Source: Spongospora subterranea f. sp. subterranea
Taxonomy: Eukaryota
Direction: 5' to 3'
Assembly (NCBI GenBank): GCA_049724395.1
Contig: JAUGWO010000115.1
Span: 123,870-143,869 of the forward strand
DNA: 20,000 nucleotides
The translations under genes and the position numbers were made by a program. The notes beneath the pieces are model-generated. The model saw nothing but the letters and a program-made list of their open reading frames with translations, was not told the origin of the DNA and did no database searches. Below are positions 1 through 11,660 of this stretch, in pieces (positions within the stretch are counted from its first letter, which is position 1; each line of letters starts with the position of its first letter).

Positions 1-2976
1 ATTCTGAAGGAGGGTGTCTATATCTGGTCGAACGGGAGTGTCGGCGCCGCTCGTGGCCCGAATTCCCCGAGCAATATCACGGTGTCGTCGTTCGTCACCG
101 ACGTTGGTCTGTTGCAGACTGGTCGATTGGGGTTCGTGTTCCGGGAATGTCATCAAGGGGAGTTTATCGATAACCATATTCGCTGTACGACATGTAATCC
201 TGGATCATATAGTCTTCATAATGTAAGAGCCCCATCGCCATCACCATTGCCCCTTCCTGTTTTCGAATCCGCTAACTCAATTGCCATATCACACTCCAAC
301 CCCCGATCATCGCCCCCGAATCAATCGATCGTCCCATTGACAGTGATTGTGTTCTGTAGTCGTCATCAATCTGCTCGTTATGTCCTCGTGGAATGTATCA
401 AGACGGCAATGGCCAGACCGGGTGTAAACCATGCGCCCCTGGTAATTACAGTTCGGTCCCTGGAATGTCTGATTGCACCCCGGCCGCTCCAGGGTTCTAT
501 CAGCCCCTATCGCAACAGGCCGACGCCCTTCCATGTTGGACCAACACGGTCTCAAACGACACCCTCATATCCCAACTCACATGTTATTGTAAAAAGGAGT
601 ATATTCGTGATGATAATCCCGATTATGGTACGATCCCCACCTCATTATCATCGCCATCTTCCCCTTCACAACCATCACCATCTTCCCCTTCACAACCATC
701 ACCATCTCGTCATTTGTTTGTTGAACGTGCTGTTTGTTATCAATTCATTGACAATGTGCTGCCCCTTGAACAGACCCGGCCGGGGCGAAATCGGCCGAGA
801 ACCAGCCGTATCTGTGTCTGCCGTGTCCGATCGGTGGCGATTGTGACACAATCTCTGGGAAGTCGTTCGAGACGGTTCTGGCCAAGGACACATATCAGGC
901 TGAAGTTAGCGGCCTGAATCGCAGCTTTATCCCATGTCTGAACCCAGATCAATGTGTCTATGGTCTCCCATATGGGCAATGTAAATTGGGTAATGTCGAT
1001 ATCGCCATGTCCCTCGGGATCGTTTCCTGAACAATGACCGACCGACCCTGTGGTCAACAGAGGCGTTCACCGGTCATCTCTGCACAACCTGTACAGCAGG
1101 ATACGGGCGCAATGGCGAGTTTGGCTGCAATAAATGCCCATCGCCCGAGGCGAATCGCCTTTATCTGACGGCGGCGGTATTTGTCGGGGTGTTCCTGATC
1201 GCGTTCATGGTGGTGTCAGCGATGCAAGCGTCATCACAACCTAAGGCGGTCCACAGTATTCTCATCAAGATCATCATGAGCAGTATTCAGGTGCGGTCCA
1301 TATCTTCGCCACTATTCGTTCGATCTCTCTGACACACGTTCGTGTCGATTCAAAGTTTAACTCGTTGGCGTTGTCGTTCGACTATCAATGGCCATCTCAG
1401 ATCAGCAGTGGTCTTCAAACCCAGAAAACGGTCAGAGCTCCTTGTTCACAGTATCAAAACGTTTGTGGATTTTTGATTGGCGTTTTGTTGGTGCGATTAG
1501 ATGACATCGGTTGGGCAATCGATCTTATCCGTTGACTGTTTCATGTCGACCGAATCCCAAACCAGCCCGTTCTACATTCAATCGCTGCTGTTCATGCTGT
1601 TGCCGGTCATGATCGCGGTCGGGCCTCTTCTCGTCATCACCCCGTTCTACTTTTACAATCGCCTCGTCCGCCATTCCCAACGTACTCAACGACAAGTCTC
1701 ATCCAGTCGCAAACCGATCTAAATGTTGTTGCAGACGCGTGGACAGACGCCAAAGATCAGTACATCACCAGTGTTGTTGTCGGCCTGTTCGTCGTTCATC
1801 CGAACATCGTCCAGCAATCGATGAAGCTATTCAATTGCAAGAGTCTGGCGTCACAACCTGGACATCTCTATCTTGTGGCCGATCTACGCCAACAGTGTTG
1901 GGCACCCAGAACACACCAAATGGGCCATGCTCGTTGGTCTGCCAAGTCGGGAACATTGTTGATATCGCCCGGGTTTCCGTTGAGTTCTTACGATGATGGT
2001 TTTGACTTGTAGTGGTGATCGCCTATGTTGTTGGTATTCCTGTCGCCGCCCTGATCCTACTGCGGTTGAACCGATCGCAATTAGACACGGTCAAGATGAA
2101 GATGCGATGTGAGTAGCAGAACACAGATGAAGTCGCAATCGATCACTGATTTACCGACATCACAGATGGATTCTTATCGCAAGGATACGAGAAACAATCA
2201 TATTTCTGGGAGCTCGTCGTTCTAGGGCGCAAGGTAATACCCTCAGCAATAATCGATATATGTTGACACCCGTAATGATCAACGGTTATCTCAACGTATA
2301 ACAGATACTGTTATCTGCGATCGCCGTCTTCTTAGCCAGCAGCGTTGCGATCCAATCTCTCAGCGCCCTAACTCTGTGTGTTGTCGCTTTGGTGGCCCAC
2401 ACCTATTACCATCCCTTCGAGAACACCGTCCTTGATCATGTCGAGTTCCTATCACTGCTCAACTCGTTCATCACCTTCATGTGTGGTCAGGTCGGTTATC
2501 CCCTCTCTCTATCGTGTCTCTCTTTTATTCCGACACATCATTCACCTTCACCTCAGTATCTGTTCGCTGATATTGGCGATATCGGAGCTGGTTTCATCAC
2601 CGTCATCATCACCCTATCAAATATTGCATTCTTTGGATACGCAGCTCGCGTTTTGGTCAAGGCCATTCTTCAGCAGCAGAAAGATGCCAAACGCGCCGCC
2701 GAACAGAAGAAACTGGAAAAAGCGGGCGAAGGCGGTGGATCCGGTGCGGGCGGTCAAGGAACAGCCAAGTCTATTCTGGTGCAGAAGGCGACACCGACAT
2801 CAAACTTATTCGTACAGGATAACGAAGGGAATATGGTGCCGATCAATGCAACGACCGTTCCTGCACCTATGTTGGTCAACTCGGCAACACCATACGTGAT
2901 CGCAGCAGATCAAACCTCTGGGGCAGGGCTAACCACCACCACCAACACCACCACACCTGTTGCCCATCCTCAATAG
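1..2976 (+). CDS. 5'-partial multi-exon gene: Cys-rich (TNFR/GCC2-GCC3-like CxxCxPG) extracellular repeats followed by a multi-pass TRP-like C-terminal membrane domain
   Basis: Manual GT-AG splicing: exons <1-222, 360-627, 774-989, 1061-1290, 1356-1430, 1501-1681, 1735-~1945 and further short exons to TAG at 2974-2976. Peptides include CTTCNPGSYS, CSLCPRGMYQ, CKPCAPGNYS, CLPCPIGGDC, FTGHLCTTCTAGYGR, then TM segments and YGFLSQGYEKQSYFWELVVLGRK, a motif typical of protist Cys-rich multi-TM proteins. AATAAA at 2991-2996. One apparent +1 indel at CCC 1905-1907. Confidence 0.85.
654..707 (+). repeat. 24-bp tandem repeat (CCATCTTCCCCTTCACAACCATCA x2.25) inside an intron
   Basis: Units 654-677 and 678-701 are identical, with a partial third; lies in intron 628-773. 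Confidence 0.9.
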
Positions 2977-3299
2977 GTGTATTGTTCTCCAATAAAGAAT
3001 CACCATTTGTCCAACGCGCCGCTCATGGACCAATCATACCATATGGCATATACTTGTGTTGACGATGGCGCTTCTGAGCCGTTTGGATTCGGGTGTTTAG
3101 GTCAATAGGCAGTTCGGCGTCACTTGTCAACATTAGATAGGGTGTTTGACAAATACTACCGTTTTCCGAACAATTGAATACCAGATTCGAGAAGGCAACG
3201 CCTTGCTCTTGCAATGTTAACCCAATGAACCTCATCATGACGAACTGATTATGGAATCATTTCATATATATTCAATTGGCGAGATATGATTGACCTCAT

Positions 3300-3790
3300 A
3301 TCTGCTCGAAAGTGGGAGATGCGGTCAACATTTTCACTGAATCGGGGTTGAGATGAACAGTGTCAATGACGAATACAGTGTGTTGATGTCTATGGGTCAA
3401 TGAACCATCTTCGTATGAGCGAATTTCTGGATCTGCACCATATGATTAGCCATGTTGACGAGATGACCGTTGTTTGAACGAATATAATCTGAGTTAGTGT
3501 TGATCGACTTTGTTTTGTTTGGGTTTAATTCATTGATAACCAGTTGCCCTTCGTTGTGAGTCGGTGTCGCCGTTGATATTGATGTGGAATTCGGCGCCAT
3601 CACCAAGATCAGAATAAACGTGATCGAAAGTGTAAACTGCTTCCGATTTCGACAAAAGAACAAGTTCTCCATACAGATAAGACTCCTCAGGGACCATCTG
3701 ATAACACAAAATCGACAAAATGTAGCCAGATTGAGAACGCACAATGTAAACTGGGTCACAACGATAACTTTGGCGACCCTTGGTCACAAA
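3300..3790 (-). pseudogene. Possible degraded coding relic with faint ankyrin-like fragments
   Basis: Frame-hopping peptides GDGAEFHININGDT, NNGHL and YGADPEIRSYEDG resemble ankyrin consensus pieces; there is no continuous ORF. Confidence 0.2.
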
Positions 3791-5199
3791 ATACGAGAAT
3801 TACCAAGACAATTCGCGCTGGCACTGTTTTGTATTTTTGAACTGATCGTATTATCGAGGCAGGGATGTTGGAGTTGAGAACCCCGGCTCCATCGACAAAT
3901 CGCCGGTTGTCCCGTAAATTTTGTTCTCTCGAGTTGAAACGGATCGGAAGAACACTTTTGAGACCACCACTGAGAAAGGTTCATTGGTATTCATAGTCGC
4001 CCCAACACCGCTGAGAAAATTCGTGTTGATCTCCATTCCGACACTAATTCCCAGATATCTTCGCCGATGGCTCTGTTAGACAAGTGTCACAAACTTTCGA
4101 CGGCAAAGTGTTTAACCCCAGATGAAAAGCTATTCAGTTTGCTTGAGAGGTTTCGGAATATTGTCCAGGTATTGACATGTTGCCTCCATCGCCATGTTTT
4201 ACCGGATTCAACTCATAATACTCATTCAAGAAATGCACGACATTTTTGAATGAGGATCGTTCCATTAACGTACGAATTACCGACATGGCTCCAAGAGGCC
4301 ACGTTTGTAGCGCCAAATCATGACCACTTCCCCCTGGTTTGCATTAACACGTCAATCAGTATCGTGCCAGACGATCTTATCCCCAGCCGTCCTTCAATAT
4401 CAGTTTAAGCCGGAGGACGTTGATCTCGTCGAGACTGCTTGCCTAATATCATCAACCGCTGGCAATGGTTTCTCAACTTGCCCCACATTTCCATCGGTCC
4501 AACGCGATATTGAATTCTGTCCTTTGCAGGTATCTGAGACACGAACATCAATGGCCACCGGGGAGACGCCGTACATTAAACACTTGAGCGAAAACTGGTT
4601 TTAATACCACAACGTTTTGAAACTGTTCTCGTCATCCACACATAAAATAGGTTGACAACTGAAACTAAGTTGGGGGTGCGGTTGTCGCCAGGCAAGTTCT
4701 TGTGTATGTCGTTGGGGCTGGAGAAGAGAGTAAACTGAACCTCCCAGATTTTTTGACCGAAATTTACGACAGCACTTTTCTCACCTGAACCAGGGTGCCG
4801 TTTACTCCAGAAAGCGACATGATGTTTCAAGTTGCGTTGCTGTGGCTCAACAGCGACGTCACTGGATCTGGCATTGACAATGGGCATCCCGGTCATGAGG
4901 TGATGGAGATTCACACTGGGTCGAACACAAATCATGATCAAGATGTTCAACATCCAAGGTCGAGCTGAACTTTACCTCATGGAAGTACATTGGGCACTTC
5001 TGTAAGCGTTGGATGTTTGTCAGGAGCAGTTCTGTGGATCGTCAAACGCCAAGTTGGGGTGATTCACAAGTCGCCTAGTCGAATTGCTATTTGAGCCGGA
5101 TAAGGCGGTGGATATCTGAATTGGATCAAGGGGCTGGTCAACTCCATCATAAATAATCTGAGATCCGCCATTACTCTCATGTTGTGTAGTTGTTGTCGA

Positions 5200-7350
5200 T
5201 TTGCAGAGCGTCGTTTGCACAAATTGGCGTAATCAAATCGTTGAAAGTTGTCAAAGGAAACAAAAACCCGGAACTTTCTCAATAAACATTCAGAACAAGA
5301 TATGAATCACGACGACAATAGCAAATATCTGAACTGTTTAGATATATACACTTGCGAAACAAAACGTCAAAATGCACTGTAAACCCTGCGGTTTGTCGAT
5401 GAAACATTCTGAGGAATTTTTAAAAGGGAGTCGGTCAACTGGAACATGACTGCGTCGATACTGCGATCAGTCCCAACGATTGAAAACTGTGCAAGCTAGA
5501 ACTTCCTTGTTTTGATTGCTGCATTCTGTCACCAATGTTCCCCAAATCTGCTTGTCGATATACCCGCTAATTGCAAAGGCAGAGAACCGATATGTTATGT
5601 GCCATTTTGAAAAATGGCATTGCGACAGCACGTTCAATAGGATTTGTACTTGTTTGAATTGGATGTCCAGTTTAAAAAGTCTTGACCTAAATCAAGCGCA
5701 AATCCGAATTTCTGAATTTTCTAACGCCCCAATGAGAGCTGATATGACAGCGCTGTATCATTCTCTCTAGATCAACTTCACTCTAAATGGTCTTGGTTTG
5801 ATACTATTCAAACTGAGCGTCGTCCGCGATACCGTTAATCCTCACTTTTAAAACGTTTCGCGCCGTCCGAGTTGATGGTGAGTTTCCTTTCAGCCTAATT
5901 CACTCCAAAGAGCACTGGGTTACTGAAGATATTTCCTGTTGTCTGAGAGTCTGTGTGGTTTTCGATCACACAATTATTGTCACATCACACCGAGTGTCCT
6001 CACATCACACCCAATGAATATCTGCCAACGGCTCTGTACTTGTTGCCACCCGGTCACCCGCGTTAAACTCTATCTCGCAATTCTGGCGCCATAACCAGTT
6101 ATGCAAACTGGTTTCAGATATCTCCTCGATCTGCCCTTTGGAATTCCAGCTCACAGTCTTTCATTCTTTAAATATGGTTGCAATGTTCGCAATCCTATTA
6201 GTCTGTGTGGTTGCGTTTGAGTTTGCCATTGCAGCAGAAGTCAAGGCGCTATCGTCATGTGGAAACCGACGCCAAGTTGTGGCGCTTACCTTCGACAACA
6301 GGGACATAGTTGTTTACGATGATACCCTTATGACCGTATTACGAGAAGCTGAGGTGAAAGCAACATTCTTTGAGGCATCACGATCCACAGCAACGACCAG
6401 CGACAAAATGTGTAGCGCGGTGTCGAAGTTACATGACGAAGGGCATCAAATCGAAGTCACCACGGATTGGTATACTGACCTCTCAAACATGCAGCAAACA
6501 TTTCTGGATGAGCAGATAAAGCAATCGAAAGAATTTGTCAAGAAATGCACTGGCGGCCAAGAACCTAAGTATTTTCAACCTCCTTATGGAAAACTTCTTC
6601 CAAGTCAAGCACAGCACATATCCAAAAAATTCGGTGAGTCATATGAAATTGGCTTTTGTTTGATGACTGTCATTTATGAGGAGTTTGAATGACAATACTG
6701 GCCGACTGTTGCTTTTTCTATATTTCATGAAAACTATCACTGAAGACGTTTCGAATTTCTTGGTTTTTTTGTTTGTTCACTGTCTTAATTTAAATCTGAG
6801 AGATGCCGTGTCAAATTTTAGATCTAGTCATAGCAACTTGGAATGTGGATAGTGGTTACGCCAATCAAATAACCAAGTTCCTGGGTAATGGACGCACGAC
6901 GCGTTGGACTGAGCAGGTCATTGTCCCACGCATCACCAAAACGTTCGAGGAGATCGTGTTCGTGGGCAACTCAGCCGTTATCCTGATGCACGCCGGTGTG
7001 GATCCAGGTAGATCATCCCATATTGACGACCGCGATTGTGATAATGATCTGACCTGTGATCTATTGCGCCCTCAATAACAGATGTGGTCAAACAGGTTAT
7101 ACGATACTTTAAGGGTCATGGATACACCTTCGTTACTGTTGATCAGTGCTATAAGTCATGTAACACACCAGTCTGTAAAGGATCTGGAGGTCCATATGGT
7201 AACATATATGTGCCGTAAATCCAACGAAAGTATTCGTTGGCCAGCCATTAGATCATTTGACAAATAAAATGCATTATCCCATCAGTCAACAGCCGTGATA
7301 TGATTCAACCGAGACTCTCCTGGATACACTTTGCATTCATGACCAACGTT
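5200..7350 (+). repeat. Segmental tandem duplication, copy 1 (copy 2 ~9300-11660)
   Basis: Shared blocks, e.g. TTGCACA..TTGGCG near 5215/9304, GGATGTCCAGTTTAAAA near 5661/9778, near-identical 5860-6295 vs 9985-10422 and 7004-7203 vs 11321-11520; ATG offset 4127 bp. Outer boundaries are approximate. Confidence 0.9.
6174..7218 (+). CDS. Secreted polysaccharide deacetylase-like protein (NodB/CE4 fold), probably catalytically inactive; copy 1, ~260 aa
   Basis: Exons 6174-6633, 6822-7007, 7082-7218 splice in frame. Signal peptide-like MVAMFAILLVCVVAFEFAIAA; NodB landmarks VALTFDN, KATFF, EGHQI, PKYFQPPYG, WNVDS, VILMH, GYTFVTVDQC; short Cys-containing tail. Confidence 0.88.
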
Positions 7351-8013
7351 CGCCGAAAACATACTTGTGGACGTTTTTTTTTATGAAGATACATTTCCAG
7401 GTCTGACAACGATCAAAAAACCGGAAACTGCGATTTTGTGAACCCCGTCATCACGATTGAAATAACAGCACCCTATATTCAATCGTCGCTTTTTACGAAT
7501 TACTGTACTTCTCTTCGTCTAATGCACTTGAAACCAACATACACTTTTTATTCAATCAAACGAGTGGCGATCAACGGCGTAAGCACGTTTACGACTGAGC
7601 AATCCGATCAGCTATTTTGGTTTGTCTGTATGTTCTGACCAATTTACACGAGACGCATTAGCTCTTATTACATGACGTTCGCAACCGAAGACCTCTTCAA
7701 TGATGCTGCTTCTTCAGCGATTGCAGCATATATGCAATGTAGGTCCGCTTGTTTGATTGTCGCAAAAATTGAGGAAATCAAATGAAAATTTTTGTCAGAC
7801 ATATCCTGATAAAAGCACAAGAAAAGATCATACTTCTGAATCTAACGACTGGTTTCCTTTTAGGGCAGTTATTTAGCTGCAGTCATGTTGCGTCGCAGCT
7901 TGGAGAAACTGTCAACTCTGCAACACAGGAGAAGGTCAACAGAAGAAGAGGAGCTATGCAGCTTCAACCTTTTCGGCTCTCCAAAGTTGGCTCAGTTGAT
8001 GGTATTGGAAGGA

Positions 8014-8147
8014 TTATGGTAATGGTATGCGAAGGTTCACGGGTCCTTATGGTTCGGGTAACCTGATTCTTTCCAGGTTTTCCCATATTCCGCCTGGGCG
8101 CTACAAGTAGCTTTGATATCCAGTGGAGGAACCTATTAGACCAGCTA
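8014..8147 (-). mobile_element. ~135-nt copy of the (TACCA)n-tailed retroposon 3' module
   Basis: Aligns by eye with 19814-19946 (+) and 13497-13618 (-); tail CATACCATTACCATA on minus; possible imperfect TSD TGGTA(T)TGGAAG at 8000-8011 and 8149-8159. Confidence 0.75.
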
Positions 8148-9299
8148 TTGGTATGGAAGCAGAAATCTTTCGACACGCTGTGCGAATTGGTTCGCAACAA
8201 TACGGTCAGGTCGTCTCGTCAAAATCAATTTGGAACAACCAATACGAGGAAGCAACAAATCTGCCTTTTGCCCAAAGAGTAATGAGAACCTCTGAATATG
8301 GAGAACCTACGATTGTTCAGAGCGTGCGATATTTCTACAATCAAGTTACAGTTAATGATGCAACCCCGACAGGTAGTTGTCATTTATTTCGATCATTCTC
8401 ATCCCGTGCGCCGGTTTTGGTTCGGTTTCCTCGCGATAGGAGGCTAATTGAGACTTATACAGAACGACAATTTGTGGTGAGGCCAACCAAACGAACCAAG
8501 TTCAGGAATCCCAAACAGACGTGGACTTGTCGGAGTGCACCAGCATCCTTTCCCCTACCAAACGTGATGCTCGCTATATGAAGTTCAACCAAGCGTGTAA
8601 GAGGATCAATGAAAGAGCCATAGACAAGAGCACCTTTATAAGAGGGGTTTTCTCATGATCGCGAAATTTGAACAATCATTGTATGAAGGCGAACGTATAC
8701 AAAGGAATAAAGCAGAGCTTTAGCTTTGCTGCACCGATGTTTTCCCCAGAAAACGAGGGACTTTCTTCGAGAGGCATTTGATCTGATTTTACATAAGAGG
8801 AATCCATCAATGTTTGCTGTATTAGTGGCATCGGCGTTGAAAAGGCGCGGGCCCGGGCACAAGGCTTCAGTAAGTTTTTTCGTATCCAGTCTAAGCTATT
8901 TAGTCACACTGGAGTCCGAATCAAATAAGACCAACATCATTACCGTCTGGCGATGACCATGCTCCATCAAGTTGAGTTCATCTCTCCTGAGAGTGAGTAC
9001 AATGTTAAAATCCCACGTAATCGTACGAAAATGAAGATGTCGCTTTTTCATCAAAGGTCAAGTTGAAATTTATCTTGAGCCTTTTGATGTTCTAAAAAAA
9101 CAATATTCAAACGCCATATTTGTGATTCACTGTTCGCATCATTGAAAATGCCTGAACGAGCGTGGATTCCCTGTTGTGTGGATGTGTACAGCCCTCCGTA
9201 CATTCTTATAACCTCTTGTAAAACTTTGTTTACACATCTCACCTGTACCGCTATCTTTACTTCCCAAACTCTGTACAACTTGTCATCGCTTTCAGAGAG

Positions 9300-11660
9300 A
9301 TTTTTGCACAGGTTGGCGATATCGAATCGTTGGAAGTTGTTCAAACTCTGATCTTTCGCTTAAAAAATCAGAACGTAATATGATCATGACGACAGTACAG
9401 CAAATAATTGTATTGGTAAACTAAAGACACTTGCGATATCACAACATCGAAATTCACGGAAAACCCGTCGCTTTGCCGAGAAACTGTCTGAAAACCTTGA
9501 AAGCGAGCTGGACAAGTGAAACATGTCTGCACCTTACGACGATGAGTCCCAAGTCTTTAAACAAGGCAAAACAGATTTCCCTTGGGAATAGTTTGCATTT
9601 TTGCAACCAACGTTCTCCAAATTTGATACATTTGATGTTTTACCCTGTTTCCCAACCAGTTAGTACCCGGCTGATTTTAGAGGAGAACCCATAATTTGAG
9701 CCAATTTGGATTCCAAGAAGTTACTTCAAGTAGCTCCGCGGGGACACAACTTTGTATAGTTTGTACAAGTTTCCGTTGGATGTCCAGTTTAAAACCCTAT
9801 TTTTATCTAATTCAAGCGCAAAATCGAATGTTTGTGAATTTATCAACCACCCAATGAAAGTGATAAGAGAGCGCTGTACAAGTCTCTTGACCTCACTGTA
9901 AATTGGTCCCTGTTGATATGGCTCAATCTGAGCGTCGTCCGATACACCATTTAATCATCACGTTCCCGATCACTGAAAATTTTCACGCCGTCCGAGTTGA
10001 TGGTGAGTTTCCTTTCAGCCTAATTCACTCCAAAAGAGCACTGGGTTACTGAAGATATTTCCTGTTGCCTGAGAGTCTGTGTGGTTCTCGATCACACAAT
10101 TATTGTCACATCACACCGAAGTGTCCTCACATCACACCCAATGAATATCTGCCAACGGCTCTGTACTTGTTGCCACCCGGTCACCCGCGTTAAACTCTAT
10201 CTCGCAATTCTGGCGCCATAACCAGTTATGCAAACTGTTTTCAAATATCTCCTCGATCTGCCCTTTGGAATTCCAGCTCACAGTCTTTCATTCTTTAAAT
10301 ATGGTTGCAATGTTCGTAATCCTATTAGTCTGTGTGGTTGCGTTTGAGTTTGTCATTGCAGCAGAAGTCAAGGCGCTGTCGTCATGTGGAAACCGACGCC
10401 AAGTTGTGGCGCTTACCTTCGACAAAAATTTCATTCCAGCTTATGATGAACTCCTTATGGGCGAACTACGAGAAGCTAACATCACAGCAACGTTCTTTAC
10501 GGCAAGAGCCTATGGATCTTATGATGAGGACGAATTGTGTCGCATGGCGTCAAAGATACTCGACGAAGGGCATCAGCTTGAGATGCTCTCAATTGACACT
10601 CAGCACTTGCCCGATATGCAGATACAAGAGATTGATGAAGAGATACAGTTGTCGGCAGAATGGATCAAGAAATGCACTGAGGGCCATAAACCTAAATATT
10701 TCCGCCCTGCTTATGGAGAACTTCTCCCAAGGCAAGCACAACACATATCCGACAAATTTGGTAAGTTATCTCACATTCGGATATCACATGCGGAGCGTAT
10801 AGCAAAATGTCTAGCTAACTTTTTGCTTTTAGTTGTTGAACGTTCTGTAACAATTATCTAGCTTGAATTTCTTGAGTCTTCTTTTGGTTTATTGTTCGAT
10901 AACTCCAACATTGGTGCATTTCAAACATTTCAAATTTCATTGATGTGATGGCGGATTCCACAGTAATACCAGTACTATTGTGCGTCGTATCTGCTGAATA
11001 TTTCTTTGCAAATCACGCTACTCATCAATTGTTTGGTTCAACTTGCTCCCTTTTTGTCTTGATTGATATTTGAGGATTCAATATTGTTCTCAGGCCTAGT
11101 CATATCAATGTGGAATGTGCAGGCTGACGGTGGAGTTAGAGACGTGCGAAACTACTCCTCCAATGTAACTCATCGCTGAATTAACACAATGATTGCACCG
11201 TACTCAACGAATTTGCTTCCACAGGACCTCGTCGCAGACATCATCAAAGCGTTCGAGGAGCATGTTGGCCTGGGTAACTCAGCCGTTATTCAAATGGGCG
11301 ACTTTTACGCCGGTATGCGACCAGGTAGATCATCCCATATTGACGACCGCGATTGTGATAATGATCTGACCTGTGATCTATTGCGCCCTCAATAACAGAT
11401 GTGGTCAAACAGGTTATACGATACTTCAAGGGTCATGGATACACCTTCGTTACTGTTGATCAGTGCTATAAGTCATGTAACACACCAGTCTGTAAAGGAT
11501 CTGGAGGTCCATATGGTAACGCATATGTGGCGTAATTCCAAAACGGAGAATACCCGGCAATCCTTTGGCCAACCAATTAAAACATTGGAAAAATACAATG
11601 TAATATTCTACCAATCCACAGCTTTGAAACAGTGCAAGCGAAACTATCCTGGATAAACTT
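9300..11660 (+). repeat. Segmental tandem duplication, copy 2
   Basis: Same homology blocks as copy 1 (5200-7350). Confidence 0.9.
10301..11535 (+). CDS. Secreted polysaccharide deacetylase-like protein (NodB/CE4 fold), probably catalytically inactive; copy 2
   Basis: Exons 10301-10760, 11094-11164, 11225-11324, 11399-11535 splice in frame. Landmarks VALTFDK, TATFF, EGHQL, PKYFRPAYG, WNVQAD, VIQMGD, GYTFVTVDQC. The 60-nt intron 11165-11224 is needed to skip an in-frame TGA. Confidence 0.85.

Noticed and set aside
82..917. 254-aa and 174-aa ORFs with His- or Ser/Pro-rich repeats
   Set aside because: Read-through of introns; the repeat is intronic and the spliced frame explains the region.
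5600..5619. Hairpin TGCCATTTT-GA-AAAATGGCA as a terminator
   Set aside because: Eukaryotic context, and not conserved in the duplicated copy.
6138..6173. TTG starts for the deacetylase-like ORFs (also 10265)
   Set aside because: Artefact of a prokaryotic-style ORF caller; ATG 6174 and 10301 begin the signal peptide.
8123..8581. 152-aa ORF, and the 19571-19837 ORF sharing EPIRPA
   Set aside because: The shared peptide is only the antisense of the repeat module; no ATG start at 8123 and no recognisable domain.
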